Part shown: piece after piece, positions 30,001-38,068 of the stretch
How positions within the stretch are numbered: position 1 is the stretch's first letter
Layout: every line of letters starts with the position of its first letter
NCBI GenBank assembly: GCA_014653605.1
Contig: JACWEG010000003.1
Coordinates: forward strand, 47,103-111,102
DNA: 64,000 nucleotides
Direction of reading: 5' to 3'
Source of the DNA: Pelagibacterales bacterium SAG-MED37
Lineage (GTDB): Bacteria; Pseudomonadota; Alphaproteobacteria; Pelagibacterales; Pelagibacteraceae
Translations under genes and position numbers: made by a program
Notes under the pieces: generated by a model
Seen by the model: only the letters and a program-made list of their open reading frames with translations
Database searches by the model: none
What the model was told of the DNA's origin: nothing

Positions 30001-32397
30001 TTAAGCAACCATACTTTCTGCTTTTTGTAAATCAACAGCAACTAATTGGCTAATACCTTTTTCAGGCATTGTAACACCATACAGTCTATTCATTTTAGAC
30101 ATGGTTAAAGCATGGTGAGTTACAATAATAAATTTTGTATTTGTAATTTTTATAAGTTCTTCAAGCAAGCTACAAAACCTTGTAACATTGGCATCATCTA
30201 GTGGAGCATCTACTTCATCTAGCACACAAATTGGTGAAGGGTTTGTTAAAAAAACAGCAAAAATTAGTGATAGTGCTGTTAAAGCTTGCTCACCACCAGA
30301 CAACAAGGTTATCGATTGAAGTCTTTTTCCAGGAGGACTTACTAACATTTCTAAACCAGCTTCAAGTGGGTCTTCGGAATCAACTAATTCTAACTTAGCA
30401 TTTCCACCATTAAAGAGTTTTGTATAAACTTCATTAAATTTTCTATTTACTTTTTCAAAAGCTTCAATTAATCGCTCTCTACCTTTTTGGTTTAATTCAT
30501 TAATACTATCTTTCAGTTTAACAATTGCACTCACCAGATCGGCACGATCTTGTTCCATCTTTTTAATTTCTACCTCATATTTGTTAGTTTCTTCATCAGC
30601 TTTTAAATTAACTGATCCTAATTTCTCTCTTTCCTGTCTTTTTTTATCAAGTAAATCCTCTTGATTAACAGCATCAGGAAGATCTTCGACTCCATACAGA
30701 CTCGATTTCTCTAGAATATTTTCCTCAGTTAAATTTAGTTCAGAAGTTATTCTATCAATCAAATCACTTTTTCTTTTTTTGAGACCTTCAATCGTTGCCC
30801 CAGAACTTGCTTTTCTTTCTCTAATTTGAATCGATTGTTCTTGAACCTCATTTAGTTGTGCTCTTAGAGTATCTATTTTTTCATCTGTAGAATGAATTAT
30901 AGACTCATTATCTTCCTTTTCTTTTTCAGAAATCCTTAGACCTTCTGAAATTTGACCTTTCTTTTCAGCTTGTAATTTTGGTTGATTATCTAATTTTTCT
31001 AATTGCGAATTCAATTTATTTTTTCTGTCAGTAAGCTCAGAAACCATTTTTTCAGAATTTGATAATAAATTTTTCCAACTCTCAATTTCCTTATCTATAA
31101 TGCTTATTCTCTCGTTTCTTTTTACAGAGTCTTTTTTTATATTTTGGTTTTTACTATAACTATCCGCATATTCCTCAATAATTAATTGACAGTTTTCTAA
31201 AACAACTATTGCTTCACTATTTTTTTGAAAATTAATTAGTTCCTTAACTTTATCAATTTCTTTTCTTAATTTATTTTTTGAATTATCTAAATCCTCATTA
31301 GATTTTTTTTCTGTATCATAATATTTAGAGTCAATTTCAATAAGTTCACTTTTTTCCTCTTTAAGTCTTTTTTCATTTGAATTTGCATCAATGACAATTC
31401 CTTTTTCTCTATTAATATCTTCATCGAATGTTCTAAGAGACTTTTTTATATTTTCTATTTCATCTTGAATTCTTGTATTTTCTTCATCAAGTCCTTGTAA
31501 TTCCAAATTAAGCCTTTGTATTTTTGAAAGATTTTCTATATTTTTTTCTCTTAAAGGGTTTACTTTTTCAGTTTCAGTTTTTATAAAGTTTTCAATCTCT
31601 GAAATTTTTTCATTAAAGCCACTCACTTCTCCTTCTGCTTCAGTATTAATTTCATTTTCAATTTTAATTTCTTTATCAATTTCTAATAATTTTAAGTAAT
31701 ATAAACCTGCCTCTATCTTTTTAATCTCATCAGACATATTTTTATATTTAGTAGCCTCTTCAGCTTGTTTTTGAAGATTAGCTAGTTGTTTTTCTTGTTG
31801 TCTTCTAAGCTCGTCAGCTCTTTTTAAATTATTTTCAGCAGCGCCTAATCTCAGTTCAGCTTCATGTCTTCTAACATGTAAACCAGATATTCCTGCAGCC
31901 TCTTCTAAAATAGCTCTTCTATCTGTTGGTTTTGCAGTTACTAAAGCACCTATACGTCCTTGGCTTATCATTGAGGGTGAGTGTGCGCCGGTTGATAAAT
32001 CAGCAAAAAACATCTGAGCATCTCTTGCTCTTACCTCTTTATTATTTATATAGAATTTGGACCCTTTATCTTTTTCAATTTTTCTTCTAACACTTATTTC
32101 ATCTAATTCTCTAAACTGGACAGGACCTTCATTATTTTCATTTGCCACAGTGACTGAAACCTCAGCAATATTTTTTGACGTTTTATTTGAGGTACCAGAA
32201 AATATCACATCTTCCATACCTGAACCTCTCATGCTTTTGGCAGAAGTTTCTCCCATAACCCATCTTAGAGACTCTACTATATTAGATTTACCACAACCGT
32301 TAGGGCCAACAATTCCTGTTAAACCGTCTTCAATTAAAAAGTTGGTTTTATCCGCAAAAGATTTAAACCCATTTAGTTGGATTTTTTTAAACTCCAT
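30001..32397 (-). CDS. smc: Chromosome segregation protein Smc, short form with no recognisable hinge
   Basis: GFKSF, Walker A GPNGCGKSN, ISQG, LSGGEQ, LDEVDAPLDDAN; only 798 aa. Confidence 0.92.
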   Translation of the reverse strand: MEFKKIQLNGFKSFADKTNFLIEDGLTGIVGPNGCGKSNIVESLRWVMGETSAKSMRGSGMEDVIFSGTSNKTSKNIAEVSVTVANENNEGPVQFRELDEISVRRKIEKDKGSKFYINNKEVRARDAQMFFADLSTGAHSPSMISQGRIGALVTAKPTDRRAILEEAAGISGLHVRRHEAELRLGAAENNLKRADELRRQQEKQLANLQKQAEEATKYKNMSDEIKKIEAGLYYLKLLEIDKEIKIENEINTEAEGEVSGFNEKISEIENFIKTETEKVNPLREKNIENLSKIQRLNLELQGLDEENTRIQDEIENIKKSLRTFDEDINREKGIVIDANSNEKRLKEEKSELIEIDSKYYDTEKKSNEDLDNSKNKLRKEIDKVKELINFQKNSEAIVVLENCQLIIEEYADSYSKNQNIKKDSVKRNERISIIDKEIESWKNLLSNSEKMVSELTDRKNKLNSQLEKLDNQPKLQAEKKGQISEGLRISEKEKEDNESIIHSTDEKIDTLRAQLNEVQEQSIQIRERKASSGATIEGLKKRKSDLIDRITSELNLTEENILEKSSLYGVEDLPDAVNQEDLLDKKRQEREKLGSVNLKADEETNKYEVEIKKMEQDRADLVSAIVKLKDSINELNQKGRERLIEAFEKVNRKFNEVYTKLFNGGNAKLELVDSEDPLEAGLEMLVSPPGKRLQSITLLSGGEQALTALSLIFAVFLTNPSPICVLDEVDAPLDDANVTRFCSLLEELIKITNTKFIIVTHHALTMSKMNRLYGVTMPEKGISQLVAVDLQKAESMVA

Positions 32398-32405
32398 GGA
32401 TTAAC

Positions 32406-32981
32406 TTATATCAGTTTTTCTAGAGATTTTTTTAAATTTTTATAATTTAGAGATTTTTCAAACTTTTTGTTGTTGATAATTATCGTAGGAGTAGCATTTA
32501 CTTTAAATTTTTTTGTTCCTTCGATTCGATCATTTAAAACAAAATCTTCAATTTCTTTATTATTAATGCATTTTTCAAAGTCAATATTGAAACCTTCTTT
32601 TTCAATAAATTTTTTAAGATTATCATTTACTTCCTCTATTGTACTTCCTTTCACCCAGACTTGTTGATTAGAATATAAACTTTCTAAAATTTTTAAACTA
32701 TGACCTTGATTGCATTGAGAAATTTTTGAAGCATTAAAAGCAGCAATATCGAGAGGAAAATGTCTAAACTCTATTTTAGCTAATCCAGTATCAATATAAT
32801 CCTTTTTAAGTTGAGGATAAACATCCTTATGAAAATCAGCACAATGACTGCAAGTTAAAGACTCATATGCAATTATAGTAATTTTTGCATTTATATTTCC
32901 TGATACTATCCGTTTAGTTTCTGCGCTAATACTTATTGTAGATACAAAATATAAAATAAGAATAATTATAATTTTTTTCAT
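32406..32981 (-). CDS. DsbA-family thiol:disulfide oxidoreductase
   Basis: Signal peptide; SLTCSHCADFH, RHFPLD, ATPT. Confidence 0.9.
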   Translation of the reverse strand: MKKIIIILILYFVSTISISAETKRIVSGNINAKITIIAYESLTCSHCADFHKDVYPQLKKDYIDTGLAKIEFRHFPLDIAAFNASKISQCNQGHSLKILESLYSNQQVWVKGSTIEEVNDNLKKFIEKEGFNIDFEKCINNKEIEDFVLNDRIEGTKKFKVNATPTIIINNKKFEKSLNYKNLKKSLEKLI

Positions 32982-33466
32982 TTTTCTTTAAAAACTTTCG
33001 TCAATTCTAGTAATGATTTTTTAATTTTATCATTTTTAACATTACTAATTTTGTCTTTAAATTTATTATTTGTCACATTTAAATTTAAATCATTTTTTTC
33101 AACTATAATTTCTCTTTCATCATTAAAACTAGTTAATTTTATTTTCTCAACTACCTGGTCCTCAAAAAAAGTGTTCATTTTAGTAATGATCTCTTTTTTT
33201 GAATATTCTAAATCAACCTCATTACCCCTTCTTACCATTATTGTTAAAGTGCTAACACCAAACTTATTAGAATTTTTATACGATTTTGGATAGCAGACTT
33301 TGAATAAATTTTCTCCTACGATATGCTTCCAATTATTTAAAGTTTCAGAATAAATTTGACCTCTTTTACTTATAAACTTTTTGATATTTTTTGGCAAAGT
33401 GTCTTTGAAGGATCTTAATCCTTGAATGCTTCCGTTTCTCTGCTTAGTATATTTTTTAAATTGCAT
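32978..33466 (-). CDS. DUF721/DciA family protein
   Basis: NWKHIVG..L...C.P, I..MN.FF...V..I pattern; alphaproteobacterial synteny mutY<>DUF721-dsbA-smc; ATG at 33466. Confidence 0.78.
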   Translation of the reverse strand: MQFKKYTKQRNGSIQGLRSFKDTLPKNIKKFISKRGQIYSETLNNWKHIVGENLFKVCYPKSYKNSNKFGVSTLTIMVRRGNEVDLEYSKKEIITKMNTFFEDQVVEKIKLTSFNDEREIIVEKNDLNLNVTNNKFKDKISNVKNDKIKKSLLELTKVFKEK

Positions 33467-34447
33467 ATGAAAGATCAATTAGTAACAAAAAAAATTCTTA
33501 AATGGTACGATTTAAATAAAAGATCATTACCGTGGCGAAAAAATGTTTCTTTTCAAAAAAAACAGTATTATACATTAATAAGTGAATTTATGTTGCAACA
33601 AACACAGGTTGCAACAGTTATTCCTTATTTTAATCGATTTATAAAAGATATCCCAAATTTAAAAGCTCTTTCAAAAGTCCAGAACAAAAAATTAATAAAA
33701 TTATGGGAAGGACTTGGATACTATTCTAGAGTTAGAAATCTAAAAAAAACTGCACAAAAAATTATTAAAAACTTTAACGGAAAGTTGCCTGATAATTTTG
33801 AAGATTTGATATCACTTCCTGGAATAGGAAACTATACTGCAAGTGCAATTTTATCAATTGCATTTGATAAACCTTACATTCCATTGGATGGAAATATAGA
33901 AAGAGTTCTAAAGCGATATTTGTATTTAAAAAAAGATAGAGACATTCAAAAAGATAATCTTATAAAAAAAAAATCAATATTTGGAACGTCATCAAGACCT
34001 AGTGATTATGCCCAGGCTTTAATGGAATTAGGAGCATTAATTTGTAAACCAACCAATCCTTTATGTCATAGATGTCCTATTTCAAAGAAGTGTAAGTCAT
34101 TTCTTAAAAAAGATTTTGATTTAATAAAAAAAAATAAAAAAAATATAAATAAGTACTTTCTTCTAAAAGTTTATAAAAAAAATCAAAGATATTTATTGAT
34201 TAAAAATACTAAGTTTAATTTTTTAAAAAATTTGACGATCTTTCCTATGGAAGAGTTATCAAAACCAAAAAATTTTGATGAAAATTTAAACTTTAAAATG
34301 TCAAATATGAACATGAATATAAAAATTAAATATTTGAAAAATACCAGAAAATTTCAATCACCTTATTGGATAAATGAAAAAAAATTAGACAATTACATGC
34401 TACCATCATTTACAAAAAAAATTGTAAAATATTTAATGAGAAATTAA
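33467..34447 (+). CDS. mutY: A/G-specific adenine glycosylase
   Basis: RSLPWR, SEFMLQQTQV, WEGLGYYSR, LPGIGNYTA, LDGN, C-x6-C-x2-C-x5-C; ATG at 33467. Confidence 0.96.
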   Translation: MKDQLVTKKILKWYDLNKRSLPWRKNVSFQKKQYYTLISEFMLQQTQVATVIPYFNRFIKDIPNLKALSKVQNKKLIKLWEGLGYYSRVRNLKKTAQKIIKNFNGKLPDNFEDLISLPGIGNYTASAILSIAFDKPYIPLDGNIERVLKRYLYLKKDRDIQKDNLIKKKSIFGTSSRPSDYAQALMELGALICKPTNPLCHRCPISKKCKSFLKKDFDLIKKNKKNINKYFLLKVYKKNQRYLLIKNTKFNFLKNLTIFPMEELSKPKNFDENLNFKMSNMNMNIKIKYLKNTRKFQSPYWINEKKLDNYMLPSFTKKIVKYLMRN

Positions 34448-35592
34448 TGAAAAAAATAGCGATCATAGGTGCTGGAATTTCAGGATTATTCATTACTAAT
34501 TTATTTAAAAAAAATCCTGATTATCAAATTACAATCTATGAAAAAAATACTTCAATTAATTTAGATGAGGGTTATGGTGTACAACTATCAGTTAACAGTA
34601 TCAAACTTTTAAATGAAATTGGATTTGAAAAAATACATAATGATGAAAAATTTACTCCAGAAAAAATCAATTTTTATTCAAATAAAAGTTTAGATAAAAT
34701 ATGTGAGTTAGATATCACAGAATTTAATTCAGAAGATTGTAAGTATACCACTTTAAAAAGATCATCTTTAATAAATTTTTTAAAAACAGATTTGGAAGGT
34801 TTGATAAGGACTGGCTATAACATTTCAAAAATAGACCAAAAAGACAAAAAAATTAAACTTTCTTTTGAAAATACTGAAGTAAAAGAATGTGATTATTTAA
34901 TTATTTCTGACGGAGTTTTTTCAAAAAGTAAAAGTCTTATGTCTAAAGATGAGGCAAAACCTAAATATAATAATACATTAGCTATTAGAGGCATCTTGAA
35001 TAAATCTCCTGCAAATATTGATATTAAAAATATTGCTTTATTTTTAGGTTCAGACTTTCATCATGTAATTTATCCAGTCAATCCAAATGGAGAATTAAAT
35101 TTTATAGCCATAATGAAATACCAACTCTCAACAGAGGAACAAAAAAATTATTCATTATTCAGTGATAGTTCATTTATCAAAAAAGTATTAGAAAAATTTC
35201 CCTCAAAAAATAAAAGCTATTTAGATGATCTAAAAGAATTAAAAATATTTCCAGTATTTGTAAGTGAAAATTTCTATAAATTACAAAATAATAATATTCA
35301 TTTTATTGGTGATGCTTTTTTTGCTTTCCCACCATCATTTGCTCAGGGCGCATCACAGTCTATAGAAGGTGCTTATGATTTATTTAAAAGTATCGAAAAT
35401 AGTACAGAAAGTAATTTTTTTAAGAATAGAGTTAACAAAACAAAAATGGTTAATATCAGATCAAAATTTAATCAGTTTGCTTTTCATTTATCCAATCCTT
35501 TGACAATTTTTTTTAGAAACATCTTTTTGAAAAGATTAGTTAAAAACAAAAAGTTTTTAAATTCTTACTTAGGAAAAGTATATAGAAATTAA
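34447..35592 (+). CDS. FAD-dependent monooxygenase (salicylate hydroxylase-like, group A)
   Basis: GAGISG, SDG, IGDA...P..AQGA. Confidence 0.82.
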   Translation: MKKIAIIGAGISGLFITNLFKKNPDYQITIYEKNTSINLDEGYGVQLSVNSIKLLNEIGFEKIHNDEKFTPEKINFYSNKSLDKICELDITEFNSEDCKYTTLKRSSLINFLKTDLEGLIRTGYNISKIDQKDKKIKLSFENTEVKECDYLIISDGVFSKSKSLMSKDEAKPKYNNTLAIRGILNKSPANIDIKNIALFLGSDFHHVIYPVNPNGELNFIAIMKYQLSTEEQKNYSLFSDSSFIKKVLEKFPSKNKSYLDDLKELKIFPVFVSENFYKLQNNNIHFIGDAFFAFPPSFAQGASQSIEGAYDLFKSIENSTESNFFKNRVNKTKMVNIRSKFNQFAFHLSNPLTIFFRNIFLKRLVKNKKFLNSYLGKVYRN

Positions 35593-36659
35593 TTTTTTAA
35601 AATTAATTTTTGTCTCAAATGATCGATTGGGACTACAGCGCCATCCAAATTATAGTGCCAATAAGTCCATCCATTACAGCTTTCAGCACCCAAAATTGTT
35701 GCTGCTACTTTATGAATTGAGCCCTCTGTTTGTGCGTGTTTAATGCTTCCATCAGCCATGATTTTTGCACTTATTTTCTTTTTATTATCAAAAATAGTTG
35801 ATCCTGGCTTTATTATTCCTAATTCTACTAATGAACCAAAAGGTATCCTTGGCTTAGATCTATTATTTTGAATGGTATCTAGGTAATTGTCTTCAATAGG
35901 TTTTGTATTTTTTAATCTTTGTTCAGCAGCTTTAAAATAAGTTTTTTCTTTTTCTATACCATAATAATTTCTACCTAATTTTTTCGCAACGGTTGCTGTT
36001 GTTCCTGAGCCTAAAAAAGGGTCTAAAACCAAATCATTTTTATTTGAAGTTGCTAATAAGATTCTATGAAGTAAAGCTTCAGGCTTTTGTGTTGAATGTA
36101 CTTTTTTTCCATTCTTCTTTAGTCTTTCTGCTCCATTACAAATAGGCAGATCCCAATTAGATCTCATTTGAAGATCATCATTTAAGCACTTTAAAGATTG
36201 ATAGTTAAAAGTATATTTTGATTTCTCTGATTTAGAGGCCCAAATTAAAGTTTCATGAGCATTAGTAAAACGAGTTCCTCTAAAGTTTGGCATCGGATTT
36301 TTTTTATTCCAAATAACATCATTTAAGATCCAAAAGCCTAAATTTTGAATTGTAGCACCAACTCTAAAAATGTTGTGATAACTACCAATCACCCAAATAG
36401 CTCCATCTTTTTTTAAAATTCTTTTACATTCACTTAGCCAAGCATAAGTAAAATCATCATATTTTTTAAAACTTTCAAATTGATCCCACTTATCGTTTAC
36501 TGCATTTACTTTAGAACTATCAGGTCTTGTTAATTCACTTTTTAATTGAAGATTGTAAGGAGGATCTGCAAAAACTAAATCGAAAGTTTCATCGGGAATT
36601 TTTTTTAATTCTTTTAAACTGTCACCATTAATTAATTTATTTTTAAAATTAAAATTCAT
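35589..36659 (-). CDS. ccrM: Cell-cycle-regulated GANTC adenine methyltransferase
   Basis: FADPPYNLQL, NPMPNFRGTRFTNAHET, HSTQKPE, DPFLGSGTT, C-terminal GSIH..CNGWTYWH. Confidence 0.96.
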   Translation of the reverse strand: MNFNFKNKLINGDSLKELKKIPDETFDLVFADPPYNLQLKSELTRPDSSKVNAVNDKWDQFESFKKYDDFTYAWLSECKRILKKDGAIWVIGSYHNIFRVGATIQNLGFWILNDVIWNKKNPMPNFRGTRFTNAHETLIWASKSEKSKYTFNYQSLKCLNDDLQMRSNWDLPICNGAERLKKNGKKVHSTQKPEALLHRILLATSNKNDLVLDPFLGSGTTATVAKKLGRNYYGIEKEKTYFKAAEQRLKNTKPIEDNYLDTIQNNRSKPRIPFGSLVELGIIKPGSTIFDNKKKISAKIMADGSIKHAQTEGSIHKVAATILGAESCNGWTYWHYNLDGAVVPIDHLRQKLILKN

Positions 36660-36671
36660 TTGTAAAAATAA

Positions 36672-36700
36672 ATTAGACTCTAAAAAGATTCTTGGGTCAA
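36672..36700 (-). promoter_or_regulatory. Putative ccrM promoter overlapping GANTC sites
   Basis: Minus strand TTGACC, 17 nt, TCTAAT; GANTC at 36676-36680 and 36687-36691, third at 36720-36724. Confidence 0.5.
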
Positions 36701-36748
36701 CCTAGGATTGAATTATTTGGACTCGACTTGTATCAAAACTTTTTGAGA

Positions 36749-36764
36749 TAACAAGATGTAGTGT
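36749..36764. promoter_or_regulatory. NrdR-box-like site
   Basis: TAACAAGATGTAGTGT versus consensus acaCwAtATaTwGtgt. Confidence 0.4.
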
Positions 36765-36777
36765 TTCTACGTGAAAC

Positions 36778-37338
36778 CTATTTCATTTTATTAATTGGTG
36801 AAAACTTTTTTCTATGATGACTTGTAATTCCAAGATCTTTTATGGCTTTTAAGTGATGTTTTGTTCCGTATCCATAATTTTGATCCCATTTATAACCTTT
36901 AAACTTTTTTGCTAATTTAGTGATCATTTTATCACGTGTAACTTTAGCAATAATTGATGCTGCAGAAATTGAAGGTATTTTTTGATCTCCTTTTATTACT
37001 GATTTAAGTTTATAATTTTTTATTTCAGGCAATTTATTTCCATCTATTAAAGTAAGAGTTGGTTTTTTTTTTAGTTTTTTTATAGCTCTTTTCATTGCTA
37101 AAAGACTGGCATTTAAAATATTTAATTTTTCTATTTCTTTAGTTGATGCTTTTCCTATAGCCCAAGTAGAATTTTTTTTAATATAGAGCGCTATAATTTC
37201 CCTCTTAATTTTGGTTAAACTTTTTGAGTCTTTTAATAATTTTCTATTAATTGATTTTTTTAGGATTACAGCAGCTGCATAAACTGGTCCAATTAAACTT
37301 CCTCGACCCACTTCATCAACTCCTGCGATAATTTTCAT
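36778..37338 (-). CDS. rnhB: Ribonuclease HII
   Basis: GVDEVGRG, KDSK, IDGN, KGD, AASIIAKVTRD, GYGT. Confidence 0.97.
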   Translation of the reverse strand: MKIIAGVDEVGRGSLIGPVYAAAVILKKSINRKLLKDSKSLTKIKREIIALYIKKNSTWAIGKASTKEIEKLNILNASLLAMKRAIKKLKKKPTLTLIDGNKLPEIKNYKLKSVIKGDQKIPSISAASIIAKVTRDKMITKLAKKFKGYKWDQNYGYGTKHHLKAIKDLGITSHHRKKFSPINKMK

Positions 37339-38057
37339 TAAATATTAATACTTAAATCTTTTATTTTTTTTCTAATTTTTTTTAAATCTTCCCAGGAGTA
37401 TTTTTTTTTGTCAGGAAATCTAATTAAGTATGAGGGGCTAAAAGTTACTAGTAAGGGATATGTTTTATTTTTAAGAATAATTTCCTTCCATTGACCTCTT
37501 TCATCTGAAACTTTGTTATTTAATGCCATAACTGCTTCCATAGCGGTTGAACCTAATAAAATTATTATTTGAGGATCTATAATTGAAATATGTTCTTTCA
37601 AAAATATTGAATAACGTTTTATTTCTTGAGATGTAGGCTTTCTATCATCTGGAGGTCTAAAGTTAACTGCATAAGTAGAGTATATTTTTTCTTTTTTAAT
37701 ATTAATTGCCATCAACATTTTATTTAACAAAGTTCCAACGTCTCCCTGAAATGAAGAACCTGAGTTATCTTCGGTTGATCTAGGGGCTTCACCAATTAAC
37801 ATTATGGCGCCATTAACATCCCCATCTCCTAAAATAAGATTTTTGGAATTGTCTTTTAAATTACAATTCTCAATTGAATTAATCTTTTCTTTAAGATCAG
37901 ATAATTTTTTAATTTTATTGTTGTTATTATTACTCTCATTATTTTTTATTGTTTTAAGTCTATTTATAGGTTCATTACTGAAACTAAAATTAGGTTCAAT
38001 AGTATCTATTAATGTTTGAACAAATTTGGCATTTTGATTTAAGATCTTTTTAGTCAT
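37338..38057 (-). CDS. Uracil-DNA glycosylase family 4-like protein with degenerate motifs
   Basis: IGEAP, G.LL.KML.AI, RPP.DRKPT..EI, LLG.TA, RGQW, PSYL.R, W.DL. Confidence 0.82.
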   Translation of the reverse strand: MTKKILNQNAKFVQTLIDTIEPNFSFSNEPINRLKTIKNNESNNNNNKIKKLSDLKEKINSIENCNLKDNSKNLILGDGDVNGAIMLIGEAPRSTEDNSGSSFQGDVGTLLNKMLMAINIKKEKIYSTYAVNFRPPDDRKPTSQEIKRYSIFLKEHISIIDPQIIILLGSTAMEAVMALNNKVSDERGQWKEIILKNKTYPLLVTFSPSYLIRFPDKKKYSWEDLKKIRKKIKDLSINI

Positions 38058-38068
38058 AATGTGTAATT

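Noticed and set aside
35589-36659. Restriction-modification or defence system
   Set aside because: The MTase has CcrM-specific sequence including the C-terminal domain, and no cognate endonuclease is adjacent
37915-37945. (AAT/AAC)n repeat encoding poly-Asn in the udg-like gene
   Set aside because: Short in-frame low-complexity linker, expected in AT-rich DNA
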